A DNA stretch of 64,000 nucleotides from Lentisphaerota bacterium (GCA_015061665.1 SUWC01000005.1:10652-74651), one strand, 5' to 3'; counted from the first letter of the stretch, positions 35,226 to 44,465 are shown. Program-made: numbers and translations. Notes: a model not told the origin generated them from the letters alone.

Positions 35226-36929
35226 ATGAGCCTAGACCCAATTCAGACGCTGTTCCTCGTCCCTGTAGCCGTTCTCGGCGTAGCTGCTTTCACATCGGCC
35301 TTCGGATATTTCTCAGGAGAGGGAGTCCGCACCGTTTCCCGCTTCCAGTTCCGCCTGGCGCTTACAATAGCGTCGATGGCAGGCGTTGTGCTTTCCCGCG
35401 GCAAGCTGCAGTTCCTCCTCGCCTGGGAGGCGATGGGGCTTGCGTCAGCCGCGCTCGTCGCGTTCGAGGCGCACGAACGCCATGTCCGCAACGCGACCTG
35501 GACGTACCTTCTCGCGTGCCATGCCGGCGCATCCGCCCTGATGGTGGCTGGCGTGCTAATGGAAAGCGAGTCCACCATGCTCGCGGCGTTCTTCGCGGCC
35601 GTCGTCGGGTTCGGGCTCAAGATCGGCTTTCCGCCCTTTCACGTCTGGCTCCCGGAAGCGCACCCGGCCGCACCGTCGCCCGCCAGCGCCGTGATGTCCG
35701 GCGCGATGATTCCGCTTGGCTTCTACGGGCTCCTCCGCTTCATCCCGTTCACCGCATGGAGCGCGACGGACGTTCCGCCTTCGTGCGGATGGACCCTTCT
35801 CGCCCTCGGAGCCGTCGGCGCCCTCGGCGGCATCATGTTCGCGATGGCGCAGTCCAACCTCAAGCGCCTGCTCGCCTTTTCGTCCGTGGAGAACATGGGC
35901 GTCATATCTATGGCGCTTGGACTCGCTCTCGTCTCCGGCGGAAAGGACGCATACGCCTTCGGAGACGTGCGCTCCCTCGCCCTTACCGGCGCGCTCCTGC
36001 ACATCCTCAACCACGCGTTCCTGAAGGGCGCGCTCTTCATCGGCGCGGGAGCGGTCCTTCGCGGCGCTAAGACGCTAGACCAGGACAAAATGGGCGGGCT
36101 CATGCGCCGCATGCCGCTGACCGGCTCTCTTTTCACGATAAACGCGCTCGGCCTCGCCGGGCTGCCGCCGCTCAACGGATTCCTCGGCGAGCTTCTCATC
36201 TACGTAGGTGCCTTCTACGCGCTGAAGAGCGGCGACGGCGCAATCGCGCTCGCCGGCTTCACCGTGATCGCCGCGCTCTCGCTCACGGGAGCGCTCGCTG
36301 CGCTCGCGTACTGCAAGGCCATCGGGGCCGTGTTCCTCGGCGAGCCCCGCTCCGAGGATGCCGCAAACGCGGCAGAACCGCCGCGCTCGATGTTCGCCGC
36401 GCAGCTAGGGCTCACTGTTCTTTCCGTCGCCATGGTTCCGTTCTGCATAATCGCCGCGCACAGGGCGACGCAGGGCGATGCGGACGGCGTGATCATCACG
36501 GCAGCAGCCGCGGGAACGGCAACCGTCGCGCTTACGCTCGCCCTTCTCTTCGCCAGGCGCTTCATCGCGCCCAGGGGCTCGTCCAAGCCGGTGCTGCCGA
36601 CCTGGGACTGCGGATACGCCGAGCCGACGGCTCGCATGGCGTACACGGCGACTGCGTTCACCCAGCCTGCGGCAGACTTCTTCAGGAACCTCCTGCGGCC
36701 GCGCCGCCACGTCATAGCGTTCAAGGGCAACCCCTCTGCGCCGACCGACGCGGCGATTGCGGTGGAGACTGACGACGTCGCGCTGACAGGGCTGTGGCGC
36801 CCGTTCTTCACGGCCGTCGCGCGTGTCTTCCAGCGCGCGCACCTCCTGCAGGGCGGCTCCCTGCACCTCTACATACTCATAATCCTCGTATCCGTGGTCG
36901 CGCTTCTCGTCGCGGCATTCGTAAAATGA
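35226..36929 (+). CDS. HyfB/HycC-like antiporter-type membrane subunit (NuoL/M/N superfamily)
   Basis: FLLAWEAMGLASAALVAF is present in a product with more than 14 TM segments. The C-terminal extension PTWDCGYAEPTARMAYTATAFTQP is typical of HycC/HyfB. Confidence 0.75.
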   Translation: MSLDPIQTLFLVPVAVLGVAAFTSAFGYFSGEGVRTVSRFQFRLALTIASMAGVVLSRGKLQFLLAWEAMGLASAALVAFEAHERHVRNATWTYLLACHAGASALMVAGVLMESESTMLAAFFAAVVGFGLKIGFPPFHVWLPEAHPAAPSPASAVMSGAMIPLGFYGLLRFIPFTAWSATDVPPSCGWTLLALGAVGALGGIMFAMAQSNLKRLLAFSSVENMGVISMALGLALVSGGKDAYAFGDVRSLALTGALLHILNHAFLKGALFIGAGAVLRGAKTLDQDKMGGLMRRMPLTGSLFTINALGLAGLPPLNGFLGELLIYVGAFYALKSGDGAIALAGFTVIAALSLTGALAALAYCKAIGAVFLGEPRSEDAANAAEPPRSMFAAQLGLTVLSVAMVPFCIIAAHRATQGDADGVIITAAAAGTATVALTLALLFARRFIAPRGSSKPVLPTWDCGYAEPTARMAYTATAFTQPAADFFRNLLRPRRHVIAFKGNPSAPTDAAIAVETDDVALTGLWRPFFTAVARVFQRAHLLQGGSLHLYILIILVSVVALLVAAFVK

Positions 36930-37831
36930 ACATAGTAGCTCTAATCGCCGCGCTCGTCGCCGCGCCGCTGATGCCTGGCATCGTCAACAAGGTAAAGGCC
37001 TTGTTCGCCGGACGCCGCGGCCCCGGCCTCTTCAGGCTCTACTTCGACATCGCCAAGCTGATGCGCAAGTCGTGTCCACGCTCCGCGACGAGCACCTGGA
37101 TCTTCGACATAGCGCCAGCGGTCGGCCTGGCGTCCACCGTCGTCGCCGCCGCGATCTTCCCGTGGACCGCGTCGGGAGACGCGGGGCTCTTCACCACGGC
37201 GAGCGCCATCACGTTTTTCTACCTCATGGGGCTTGGACGCTTCTTCACCGTTCTCGGCGCGCTTGATACGGGCAGCGCGTTCGAGGGCATGGGCGCCTCG
37301 CGCGAGGCGTTCTACTCCGCGCTCGTCGAGCCGGTGGTATTCACGATCCTCGGCTTCCTCGTCCTTCTGACGAACACGACGTCACTCTCCGGCATGCTCG
37401 GCGGATACGACGCGTCGGCGTGGTCGCGCCACTCGATCTCGCTTATCTTCGCCGCGACGGCCTTCTTCGTCGCGCTTCTCTCGGAGTGCTGCCGCGTTCC
37501 GTTCGACGACCCCGAGACGCACCTTGAACTGACGATGATACACGAGGCGATGGTGCTGGACAACTCCGGACCCGACCTCGCCTTCATCCACTACGCGGCT
37601 GCTCTCAAGTTCGAGCTCCTCGCGGCGTTCCTGGTCGCTGCGCTTCTCCCCGAGACGGCGCTCGGCCCCGCCGCGCGCTTCGGAATCGTGATGGCCGGAG
37701 CAGTTGCCGTGGCGATTGCCGTCGGCGTCGTGGAGTCGGTCATCGCGAGAATGCGGTTCCTAAAGACGCCGCAGGTCATAACGGGCGCGTTCATGCTGGC
37801 CGCGCTGTCCGTCATTCTCTACGTCATGTAA
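36926..37831 (+). CDS. HyfC/HycD-like (NuoH-like) membrane subunit
   Basis: The start MNIVALIAALVAAPLMPGIVNKVKALFAGRRGP shares an ATGA overlap with the preceding gene. PFDDPETHLELTMIHEAMVLDNSG is the NuoH/HycD-type block. Confidence 0.75.
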   Translation: MNIVALIAALVAAPLMPGIVNKVKALFAGRRGPGLFRLYFDIAKLMRKSCPRSATSTWIFDIAPAVGLASTVVAAAIFPWTASGDAGLFTTASAITFFYLMGLGRFFTVLGALDTGSAFEGMGASREAFYSALVEPVVFTILGFLVLLTNTTSLSGMLGGYDASAWSRHSISLIFAATAFFVALLSECCRVPFDDPETHLELTMIHEAMVLDNSGPDLAFIHYAAALKFELLAAFLVAALLPETALGPAARFGIVMAGAVAVAIAVGVVESVIARMRFLKTPQVITGAFMLAALSVILYVM

Positions 37832-37847
37832 AAGGAGCGTCGGCAAC

Positions 37848-38552
37848 ATGAGGGAATTTTCAGAGATACTGCTAGCGTCATTCCTGCTGACGGACATCAT
37901 ACTCGCCGGCACGGGACGCCTGCGCCAGGCGATACGGCTCGTCGCGCTGCAGGGATGGGCCGTCGGGCTTCTGCCGCTCGTGATGTGGAACTGGACGGAA
38001 TCGGGGGTCCCGGGGATCAGCGTCTTTGCCGTTGCGGCGGTAAACGCCCTCATCAAGGGATGCGCCCTTCCGTGGCTTCTGTCGTACACGGTCCGCAAGG
38101 TCGACGCCAGGCCAGAGCTGGAGCCGCTCGTCGGCTTCCGCGCATCGCGCATCGTCGTATTCGCGTTCGCCGTCGCAAGCTTCGCGGCGGCGCGTCCCCT
38201 CGGGGCGTCTGCGATACCAGGCGCCGAACTGGCGATCCCCGTCGCGCTTGCGACGATGGGAACGGGGCTCTTCCTCGTCTGCGCAAGGCGCAAGGCCGTC
38301 ACGCAGGTCCTCGGGTTCATCGTGTTCGAGAACGGAATCGCCGCATTCGGCTCCGGCATCATGATGGAGATCGGAATCATCGTCGAACTCGGCATCCTCC
38401 TCGACGTGTTCGTGCTGGTGTTCCTCCTCGGCATAGCGATTTTCCAGATCAGCAGGACGTTCTCGTCGCTCGACACCGACCAGCTGAGCACGCTCGGAGA
38501 CGTCCATCTGATGCACATCCGCAAGTCCGGCGAGACGGGAGGAAGGAAATGA
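37848..38552 (+). CDS. HyfE-like (NuoK-related) membrane subunit
   Basis: QVLGFIVFENGIAAFG matches the E. coli HyfE block QIFGYCLMENG. The product has about 7 TM segments. Confidence 0.7.
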   Translation: MREFSEILLASFLLTDIILAGTGRLRQAIRLVALQGWAVGLLPLVMWNWTESGVPGISVFAVAAVNALIKGCALPWLLSYTVRKVDARPELEPLVGFRASRIVVFAFAVASFAAARPLGASAIPGAELAIPVALATMGTGLFLVCARRKAVTQVLGFIVFENGIAAFGSGIMMEIGIIVELGILLDVFVLVFLLGIAIFQISRTFSSLDTDQLSTLGDVHLMHIRKSGETGGRK

Positions 38553-39763
38553 CGGACACATTGAGGTACTATCTCACCGGGCTGACGACCGTCCTCTTCG
38601 CGGTCGATCTCATCCAGAGCTTCTTCTACCTTCCCGAGGCCGACAGGCGCGAGGAAGGCGAGCACATGCGACATTCGACGTATTTCGCGTGCCTCTTCGC
38701 GTTCTTCGCCGCAATGCTCTTCGCGCTCAACGCTCGCTCGCTGCCAATGATGTGGGTCGCCGTAGAGCTGACGACTCTTTTCTCCGCACCGCTGATCGCG
38801 TACCACCGAACGCGCGGGTCAGTCGAGGCAATGTGGAAGTACCTTCTGATCTGCTCGTGCGGCATCGGACTGGCGCTGTTCGGCACGATGCTCTTCATGC
38901 ACGCCCAGACAACCGGCAACGTCGCCTGGTACAAGGCTGGATTCGCGTTCATCCTCGCAGGCTACGGAACAAAGACAGGTCTCGCTCCGTTCCATACGTG
39001 GCTGCCCGACGCGCATTCCGAGGCGCCTGCGCCCGTCTCCGCCCTTCTTTCGGGAACGCTTCTCAACTGCTCGTTCTTCGCAATAGCGCGGTTCAGGGAA
39101 CTAATGCCGGACGAAGCATCCGCGTTCGCGACGCATTCGATGCTCGCGCTTGGCATAGTCTCGGTCCTGACGGCAGGGGTGTTCATGGTCAGGCAGACGG
39201 ACTTCAAGCGCCTTCTGGCCTATTCGTCCGTCGAACACATGGGGCTTGCAACGATCCTCTTCGCGCTCGTCGCTGCGCGCATTCCATCCGACGAAGGCGA
39301 ATGCCTGTGCGATGGAGGCATCCTGTTCATCGCCCTCCTCGCCCACATGACGTTCCACTCTGCGACGAAGACGATGCTGTTCCTGACGGCAGGCAATCTG
39401 CTTCTCGCGTTCAAGACGCGCGCCATAGCGGCCGTCCAGGGACTGCGGGAGACTATGCCGGGGCATTCCATGCTGTGGGTCTTCGGCATCCTCATGATCT
39501 GCGGCATGCCGCCGTCGGCCATCTTCCTCTCCGAGCTCGCGCTCGTCGCGTCCGCCCCGATATGGCTTTCCATCACCGTTCTTGCGCTTCTCTTCGTCGT
39601 GTTCGCAGCGATGTCCAGGTTCGCGCTCTCGATGGCAATGGGAACACCGACGGCGTCGCGTCCGGAGGAGCTTCCGCTCAGGCTCGTCGTCATGCCGACC
39701 ATTCTCTGCTCGGCCATAGCCGTAATCGGAGCAATCGCCTGCATAGCGACGCTGTTCATGTGA
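38549..39763 (+). CDS. HyfF-like antiporter-type membrane subunit (NuoN/M-like), N-terminally short
   Basis: The start MTDTLRYYL shares an ATGA overlap with the preceding gene. WVAVELTTLFSAPLIAY...VEAMWKYLLICSCGIGLALFG and HTWLPDAHSEAP are present. Confidence 0.7.
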   Translation: MTDTLRYYLTGLTTVLFAVDLIQSFFYLPEADRREEGEHMRHSTYFACLFAFFAAMLFALNARSLPMMWVAVELTTLFSAPLIAYHRTRGSVEAMWKYLLICSCGIGLALFGTMLFMHAQTTGNVAWYKAGFAFILAGYGTKTGLAPFHTWLPDAHSEAPAPVSALLSGTLLNCSFFAIARFRELMPDEASAFATHSMLALGIVSVLTAGVFMVRQTDFKRLLAYSSVEHMGLATILFALVAARIPSDEGECLCDGGILFIALLAHMTFHSATKTMLFLTAGNLLLAFKTRAIAAVQGLRETMPGHSMLWVFGILMICGMPPSAIFLSELALVASAPIWLSITVLALLFVVFAAMSRFALSMAMGTPTASRPEELPLRLVVMPTILCSAIAVIGAIACIATLFM

Positions 39764-39798
39764 TATAAGATACGTTGTTGCAGGCACATAAAACGAAA

Positions 39799-39824
39799 CG
39801 AGGAGGCCCGTAAGGACCTCCTCG
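39799..39824 (-). terminator. Intrinsic terminator after rplS, which may also stop the convergent hyf-like operon
   Basis: The hairpin is CGAGGAGGCC-cgtaa-GGACCTCCTCG with one bulge. On the minus-strand transcript it is followed by TTTCGTTTTAT. Confidence 0.6.
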
Positions 39825-39848
39825 CTACTTTCCACATTATGCCGTCTC

Positions 39849-40217
39849 TTATTTCTTGACGAGCTTGCGGACCGCCTTGTGGGAGCAGAACGTGCGCTCG
39901 TTGTAGAGCTTGGCGCGGCGGGAAGGATTGCGCTTGACAACCTTGATCGCCTGGATGTTGGGGCTGCTGAAGGGGAAGAGCTTCTCGACGCGGACGCCAT
40001 AGCTCTCGCGGGAAACCGTGAAGTTGCCCGTGACGTTCTTGCGGCCGTTGTCGATGGCAAGGACCTTGCCCTCGAAGTCCTGAATGCGGAACTTGTCGCC
40101 TTCCTTGATCTTGATCGAAACGCGAACGGTGTCGCCGGTGCTGAACTCGGGGAAGTTCTTCTCCGCGAGCTTGGCCGTCTGCTCGGCGTTGATCTTGTCC
40201 AAAATCTTGATACCCAT
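39849..40217 (-). CDS. rplS: 50S ribosomal protein L19
   Basis: FSTGDTVRVSIKIKEGDKFRIQDFEGKVLA...GVRVEKLFPFSSPNI matches L19. Confidence 0.9.
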   Translation of the reverse strand: MGIKILDKINAEQTAKLAEKNFPEFSTGDTVRVSIKIKEGDKFRIQDFEGKVLAIDNGRKNVTGNFTVSRESYGVRVEKLFPFSSPNIQAIKVVKRNPSRRAKLYNERTFCSHKAVRKLVKK

Positions 40218-40228
40218 TTGTTACCTCC

Positions 40229-40522
40229 TTAGGCCTTCTTCTCTTCAGCCTTAGCGGACTTGCGAGCGTGATGAGCCTTCAGCTCGGGGTTCTTCGCGCG
40301 GCGGATGAGCGACGCAACCGTGGTGGACGGCTTGGCGCCCTGCGAGAGCCAGTAGTCAACGCGGGCCAGGTCGAGCTTGAAGTTGTTCTCCGCGATCTGG
40401 GTGTCGTACCAGCCGAGGATCTCGATGAACTTGCCGTCGCGAGGGCTGCGCGAGTCTGCGGCGACGATACGATATGCCGCGTGATTGGTGCATCCCGTGC
40501 GGCGCATTCTGATTTTAACCAT
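40229..40522 (-). CDS. rpsP: 30S ribosomal protein S16
   Basis: MVKIRMRRTGCTNHAAYRIVAADSRSPRDGKFIEILGWYD matches S16. Confidence 0.9.
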   Translation of the reverse strand: MVKIRMRRTGCTNHAAYRIVAADSRSPRDGKFIEILGWYDTQIAENNFKLDLARVDYWLSQGAKPSTTVASLIRRAKNPELKAHHARKSAKAEEKKA

Positions 40523-40555
40523 CTCGTGTTCTCCTTAGTGGAAAGATTGGCGCAT

Positions 40556-40584
40556 AGTTTATCATATTTTCCGAAATCGCGCAA
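40556..40584 (-). promoter_or_regulatory. Promoter for rpsP-rplS
   Basis: The minus strand reads TTGCGC, a 17-nt spacer, then TAAACT. The last 3 nt of the spacer are TGA. Confidence 0.45.
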
Positions 40585-40666
40585 GGGGTAATAAGATAAA
40601 CGAAAAAAATTCCTACGCGACCCGCCCAAGGCAAAAACCGTCCCATGTCGCAATTTCAGGGGAGGT

Positions 40667-40742
40667 TGGTCGGACTGGCGGGGATCGGACCCGCGACCCC
40701 AACATTAAAAGTGTCGTGCTCTACCAACTGAGCTACAGTCCG
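40667..40742 (-). tRNA. tRNA-Lys (anticodon TTT)
   Basis: The acceptor pairs CGGACTG with CAGTCCG, and the D arm reads TAGCTCAGTTGGTAGAGC. The anticodon arm is CGACA-CTTTTAA-TGTTG and the T arm is GCGGG-TCCGATC-CCCGC. Discriminator A and CCA are encoded. Confidence 0.9.
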
Positions 40743-40770
40743 ATGCTGCTGGGCGCAGAAAACTTTGTAT

Positions 40771-40782
40771 ATTATACCAAAA
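40771..40782 (-). promoter_or_regulatory. Extended -10 promoter for tRNA-Lys
   Basis: The minus strand reads TTTTGGTATAAT, 28 nt upstream of the tRNA 5' end and just after the xer stop. Confidence 0.6.
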
Positions 40783-40796
40783 TGACGCGGACGAAA

Positions 40797-41747
40797 TCAA
40801 GCGCGGGGATGCGCTTTCGCAAACTCGTCCTTAAGCCGCTCGACGGAGACATGCGTGTATATCTGCGTCGTAGAGAGCGACGAGTGCCCCAGCATCTCCT
40901 GCACGCTGCGCAGGTCCGCGCCTGCGTCGAGCAGGTGCGTCGCAAAGCTGTGGCGCAGCTTGTGGGGCGTAAGCCCCGCCGGGAGCCCCGCCTCGGCGAG
41001 GTATATCTTCATGCGGCGTTCCACAAAGCGGGGCGTGAGGGGACGGAACTTGCCGCTCAGGAAGGCGGGCGCCGAATCGTCCGCGAACTCCGGCTTCAGT
41101 CCGGCGACAAGCGAGCGCAGCGCCTGCAGCGCGGCAACGGCCTTGCTTCCGAGTATCACCAGCCGCTCCTTGGAGCCCTTGCCCTTCACGATGAGACCGC
41201 CCCTGCGGAAGTCGATGTCGCCCCAGCGAACCGAACACGCCTCGCTTATGCGGCATCCCGTCGAATAGAGGAACTCGAAGACAGCGGAGTCGCGCCTCGC
41301 GGCAAACTCCGTTGCGTCGCCCTTCTCGAAGTCCTTTATCGGACGCTCAAGGAACCGGTTTGCGTCATCGACGGACATCACCTTCGGCAGCGTCTTCGCC
41401 TTGCGGGGACCGCGCAGCAGCCCGAACGGGTCGCTTTTCGCGGCGTGTTCGCGCCTGAGGAACCGGAAGAAGGCCCTGACCGACGCGATCTTGCGGCGCG
41501 TCGTCGTAGGAAGCGCACCGCTCTTCGACAGCGCGGCGACGAACTTGCGCGCATCGTCGTCCGTCACCTCCATCCAGAGGAACGGCGGCTTTCTGTCCAC
41601 GCCCCAGCGAAACGCCACGAACTGGGCAAGGTCGGCGACATAGCCGTCAACCGTGTGCCCAGACGCGTTTCGCTCCGCGTTCAGGTATGTTATGAAGCGC
41701 GTGACGAACAGGTCTGCGTTCAGGTTCCTGTTGAGCGGCAGGTTCAC
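40797..41747 (-). CDS. Site-specific tyrosine recombinase, XerC/XerD family
   Basis: The N-terminal core-binding motif is FITYLNAERNASGHTVDGYVADL. The C-terminal region is HKLRHSFATHLLDAGADLRSVQEMLGHSSLSTTQIYTHV. A 4-nt overlap couples it to topA. Confidence 0.8.
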   Translation of the reverse strand: MNLPLNRNLNADLFVTRFITYLNAERNASGHTVDGYVADLAQFVAFRWGVDRKPPFLWMEVTDDDARKFVAALSKSGALPTTTRRKIASVRAFFRFLRREHAAKSDPFGLLRGPRKAKTLPKVMSVDDANRFLERPIKDFEKGDATEFAARRDSAVFEFLYSTGCRISEACSVRWGDIDFRRGGLIVKGKGSKERLVILGSKAVAALQALRSLVAGLKPEFADDSAPAFLSGKFRPLTPRFVERRMKIYLAEAGLPAGLTPHKLRHSFATHLLDAGADLRSVQEMLGHSSLSTTQIYTHVSVERLKDEFAKAHPRA

Positions 41748-44338
41748 TTCGCCTTCTTCCGGCTTCTGCGCTTCGGCGTGGACTTGGAGTCCGCCGCGCC
41801 TTCGACGACCTCGGCCGACTTCTCGCTGCTGGACGGGACGCCCTTGAGACCGAGCCCCTCCGCCTTCGCGTCGAAGTCGGGAATCGCGGAGCGGTACGCG
41901 ACCGCGACGCGCTTCAGCGCCATGAGCTGGCGCGGGCTTAGCGAATTGCGGCGCGAATACTGGTCGACAAGGCTCTCCACGAAGCTCTTGTCGTCATACA
42001 CCTTCTTGCCCTTCTTCGTCGCGGGACGCCACTCGGTGACGCCCTTGAACAGGTCGAGTATCTTCGGGATCGTCGGGTCGGACACATTGTCCTGAAACCC
42101 TCCGTCCGCGTATCCAGCGAGCTTCGCGCGGACCTCCTCGCAGTCGGGGAGCGAGAGCGCGTTGTCGCCAACGTTGCGCGCTAGGATGGACAGCTGCTTC
42201 GGCGAGAGTCCGCGTCCGCCCTCGAACTGGTCGCGGAGGCTCTTGAGGAAGGGATTGCCATCCATTCCGCCGATCCGGTCGAGGACCTCGAAGCAGTATC
42301 GCACGATTCCGTCGTCCGCCTTCTGCGCCGCAGGCGACGAACTGGCGGTCACTCCGCATTCCTTGAGCCGCGCCTCGACGTCGGGGATCTGCGAGCTGTA
42401 GCCCAGGGCCATGCGCACGAGGAACTCGAGCTGGCGCGAGCTGAGCGGCCTGCCGGACTCCATCTGCTCCTTGACGCTCTCGACGAACGCCCTGTCGTCA
42501 TACGTGCGCCTTCCGACCTTCTTGGCGGGCTTCCACTCCTTCACCTCGTCCAGAATCGCGAAGACGGCGAGGAACTTCTCCTTGTCCGGCGCAGGCTCGG
42601 CGCATTCGGCGACGGCGCGCAGGAACTTCGCGTAGAACTCGGAGAGCATGTCGTTCATCGGCTCCCCCTGCTCCTCCACCTTGTCGAGCTCGGCCTCCAT
42701 CTTCGCCGTGTAGCCGACGTTGAAGAGGGGCTCCAGCTTCTTGACGAGCCAGTCGCAGACAAGGAATCCCCTTTCAAGCGGAATGAGCTTCTTCTTTTCG
42801 TTGACGGCGTATTCGCGGGTCTTCAGCGTCTCGATCGTAGCCGCGTATGTCGAGGGGCGCCCCACGCCGTTCTCCTCAAGCGCCTTGATGAGCGACGCCT
42901 CGGAGTAGTGGGAAGGACCCTTCGTCTGCTTCTCGTCGGCAAGCCAGCGCGCGACGTCAAGCGTCTCCCCGACGGCCAGCGGAGGAAGCGAAGCCACCTC
43001 GTCCGTATCTTCGTCGTCCTCGTCGGAATCCGGACGCTTCGCCTTGAGCGAAAGCTTCATCACCTTCAGGAAGCCCTCGAAGTCGATGTCCGTCGCGCTG
43101 GCGGTGAACCTGTACCGATGCGCAAGACCGGGCTTGAGCGCACCGAGCACGACGGTACGGACCGTAGTGCGCGCGTCGGCCATCTGGCTGGCGAGGAAGC
43201 GCCTCCATATCAGGTCGTAGAGCTTGAGCTCCATGGCGTCCATCTTCGCCTGCGCTGGGACGAGCCCGATGTTCGTGGGCCTGATTGCCTCGTGCGCGCC
43301 CTGCGCATCCGCCTTGGAGCGGAATATGTTCGGCGTATCGGGATAGAACTCCGCGCCGTACTCGCGCTCGACGAACTCCCTGGCGGCGGCCCTAGCCTGC
43401 TCCGAGATGTTGACGGAGTCGGTTCGCATGTAGGTTATGTGCCCCTGCTCGTACAGGGCCTGCGCAAGCTTCATCGTCTTGCCAGGCGAAAAGCCGAGCA
43501 CGCTGGACGCCGCCTGCTGGAGGGTCGACGTGGTGAAGGGAGGCAGCGCATGCCGCTTCTTGGGCTGCGCCTTGATGTCCTCGACGCTCAGCTCCGCGCC
43601 GCTCAGGTCGAGAAGCAGGTTGTTGACGACCAGCTGCTCGCGTACGTTCGGCTTCTCGCCGTCCAGCCGCGCGAGCCTTGCCACGAACGTCGCCCCGCCC
43701 TCGCGCTTCCTCGCCTCGACGCCCATGAGGAAATACGTCTCGGGCTTGAAGGCGTCTATCTCGCGCTGGCGCTCGACGAGGAGCCGGAGCGCGACGGACT
43801 GCACGCGCCCCGCGCTGAGCGAGCGGTTGTTGGGGCAGTTTATGTTCTTCCACAGAAGCGGGGACACCTTGTAGCCGACGATGCGGTCAAGGATTCTCCG
43901 CGCCTGCTGCGCGTCCACGCGCGGCATGTCGATGTCGTGCGGATCGGCGACGGCTTTCGTCACGGCGGACTTCGTGATCTCGTTGTACGTGACGCGGTGG
44001 AACGGCTTCTTGCCCGCAACGGGAGCGAGAACTTCGTGTAGGTGCCACGCGATTGCCTCCCCCTCGCGGTCAGGATCGCTTGCGAGGAATATCTCGTCGG
44101 AGGACTTGACCGCGGACTTTAGTTCGGAGACGACCTTGTCCTTCCCGTCCGACACGACGTATTTTGGCGTGAAGGTCCACTTGTCAGGACCTACTGGCGC
44201 GATGACGATTGCGCCGGATTCCTTGGGCAGGTCGCGTATATGCCCGACCGAGCTCTTTACGACAAAATCCTCGCCAAGGTACTTGCCTATCGTCTTCGCC
44301 TTGGCAGGAGACTCGACTATCAGAAGTTTCTTTCCCAT
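41744..44338 (-). CDS. topA: DNA topoisomerase I with a zinc-finger-free, triply repeated C-terminal domain
   Basis: The Toprim N-terminus is LLIVESPAKAKTIGKYLG...GHIRDLP, and the active-site region reads ITYMRTDS. The C-terminal ~275 aa hold three S-x-[RK]-Q-L-containing repeats and a basic tail. Confidence 0.95.
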   Translation of the reverse strand: MGKKLLIVESPAKAKTIGKYLGEDFVVKSSVGHIRDLPKESGAIVIAPVGPDKWTFTPKYVVSDGKDKVVSELKSAVKSSDEIFLASDPDREGEAIAWHLHEVLAPVAGKKPFHRVTYNEITKSAVTKAVADPHDIDMPRVDAQQARRILDRIVGYKVSPLLWKNINCPNNRSLSAGRVQSVALRLLVERQREIDAFKPETYFLMGVEARKREGGATFVARLARLDGEKPNVREQLVVNNLLLDLSGAELSVEDIKAQPKKRHALPPFTTSTLQQAASSVLGFSPGKTMKLAQALYEQGHITYMRTDSVNISEQARAAAREFVEREYGAEFYPDTPNIFRSKADAQGAHEAIRPTNIGLVPAQAKMDAMELKLYDLIWRRFLASQMADARTTVRTVVLGALKPGLAHRYRFTASATDIDFEGFLKVMKLSLKAKRPDSDEDDEDTDEVASLPPLAVGETLDVARWLADEKQTKGPSHYSEASLIKALEENGVGRPSTYAATIETLKTREYAVNEKKKLIPLERGFLVCDWLVKKLEPLFNVGYTAKMEAELDKVEEQGEPMNDMLSEFYAKFLRAVAECAEPAPDKEKFLAVFAILDEVKEWKPAKKVGRRTYDDRAFVESVKEQMESGRPLSSRQLEFLVRMALGYSSQIPDVEARLKECGVTASSSPAAQKADDGIVRYCFEVLDRIGGMDGNPFLKSLRDQFEGGRGLSPKQLSILARNVGDNALSLPDCEEVRAKLAGYADGGFQDNVSDPTIPKILDLFKGVTEWRPATKKGKKVYDDKSFVESLVDQYSRRNSLSPRQLMALKRVAVAYRSAIPDFDAKAEGLGLKGVPSSSEKSAEVVEGAADSKSTPKRRSRKKAK

Positions 44339-44406
44339 CTACTGAGCTGTTTTCTTGTTCTTGTTTTCCGGCAACGGGTCAACATCCTCCGTCCGCCTAC
44401 TCAAAA

Positions 44407-44437
44407 TATATTACCCCACGCGGCGTTGTTTTGTCAA
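44407..44437 (-). promoter_or_regulatory. Sigma70-type promoter for topA-xer
   Basis: The minus strand reads TTGACA, an 18-nt spacer, then TAATAT. Confidence 0.55.
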
Positions 44438-44465
44438 CCGCAAAGTGAAGCCACGAAACGGGAAA

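Noticed and set aside
40667-41747. A tyrosine recombinase next to tRNA-Lys, considered as a possible integrase / genomic-island boundary.
   Set aside because: The protein has the XerC/XerD N-terminal core-binding motif and C-terminal signature. It is translationally coupled to topA. Flanking genes are housekeeping, no direct repeat of the tRNA 3' end was seen, and no phage or cargo genes are present.
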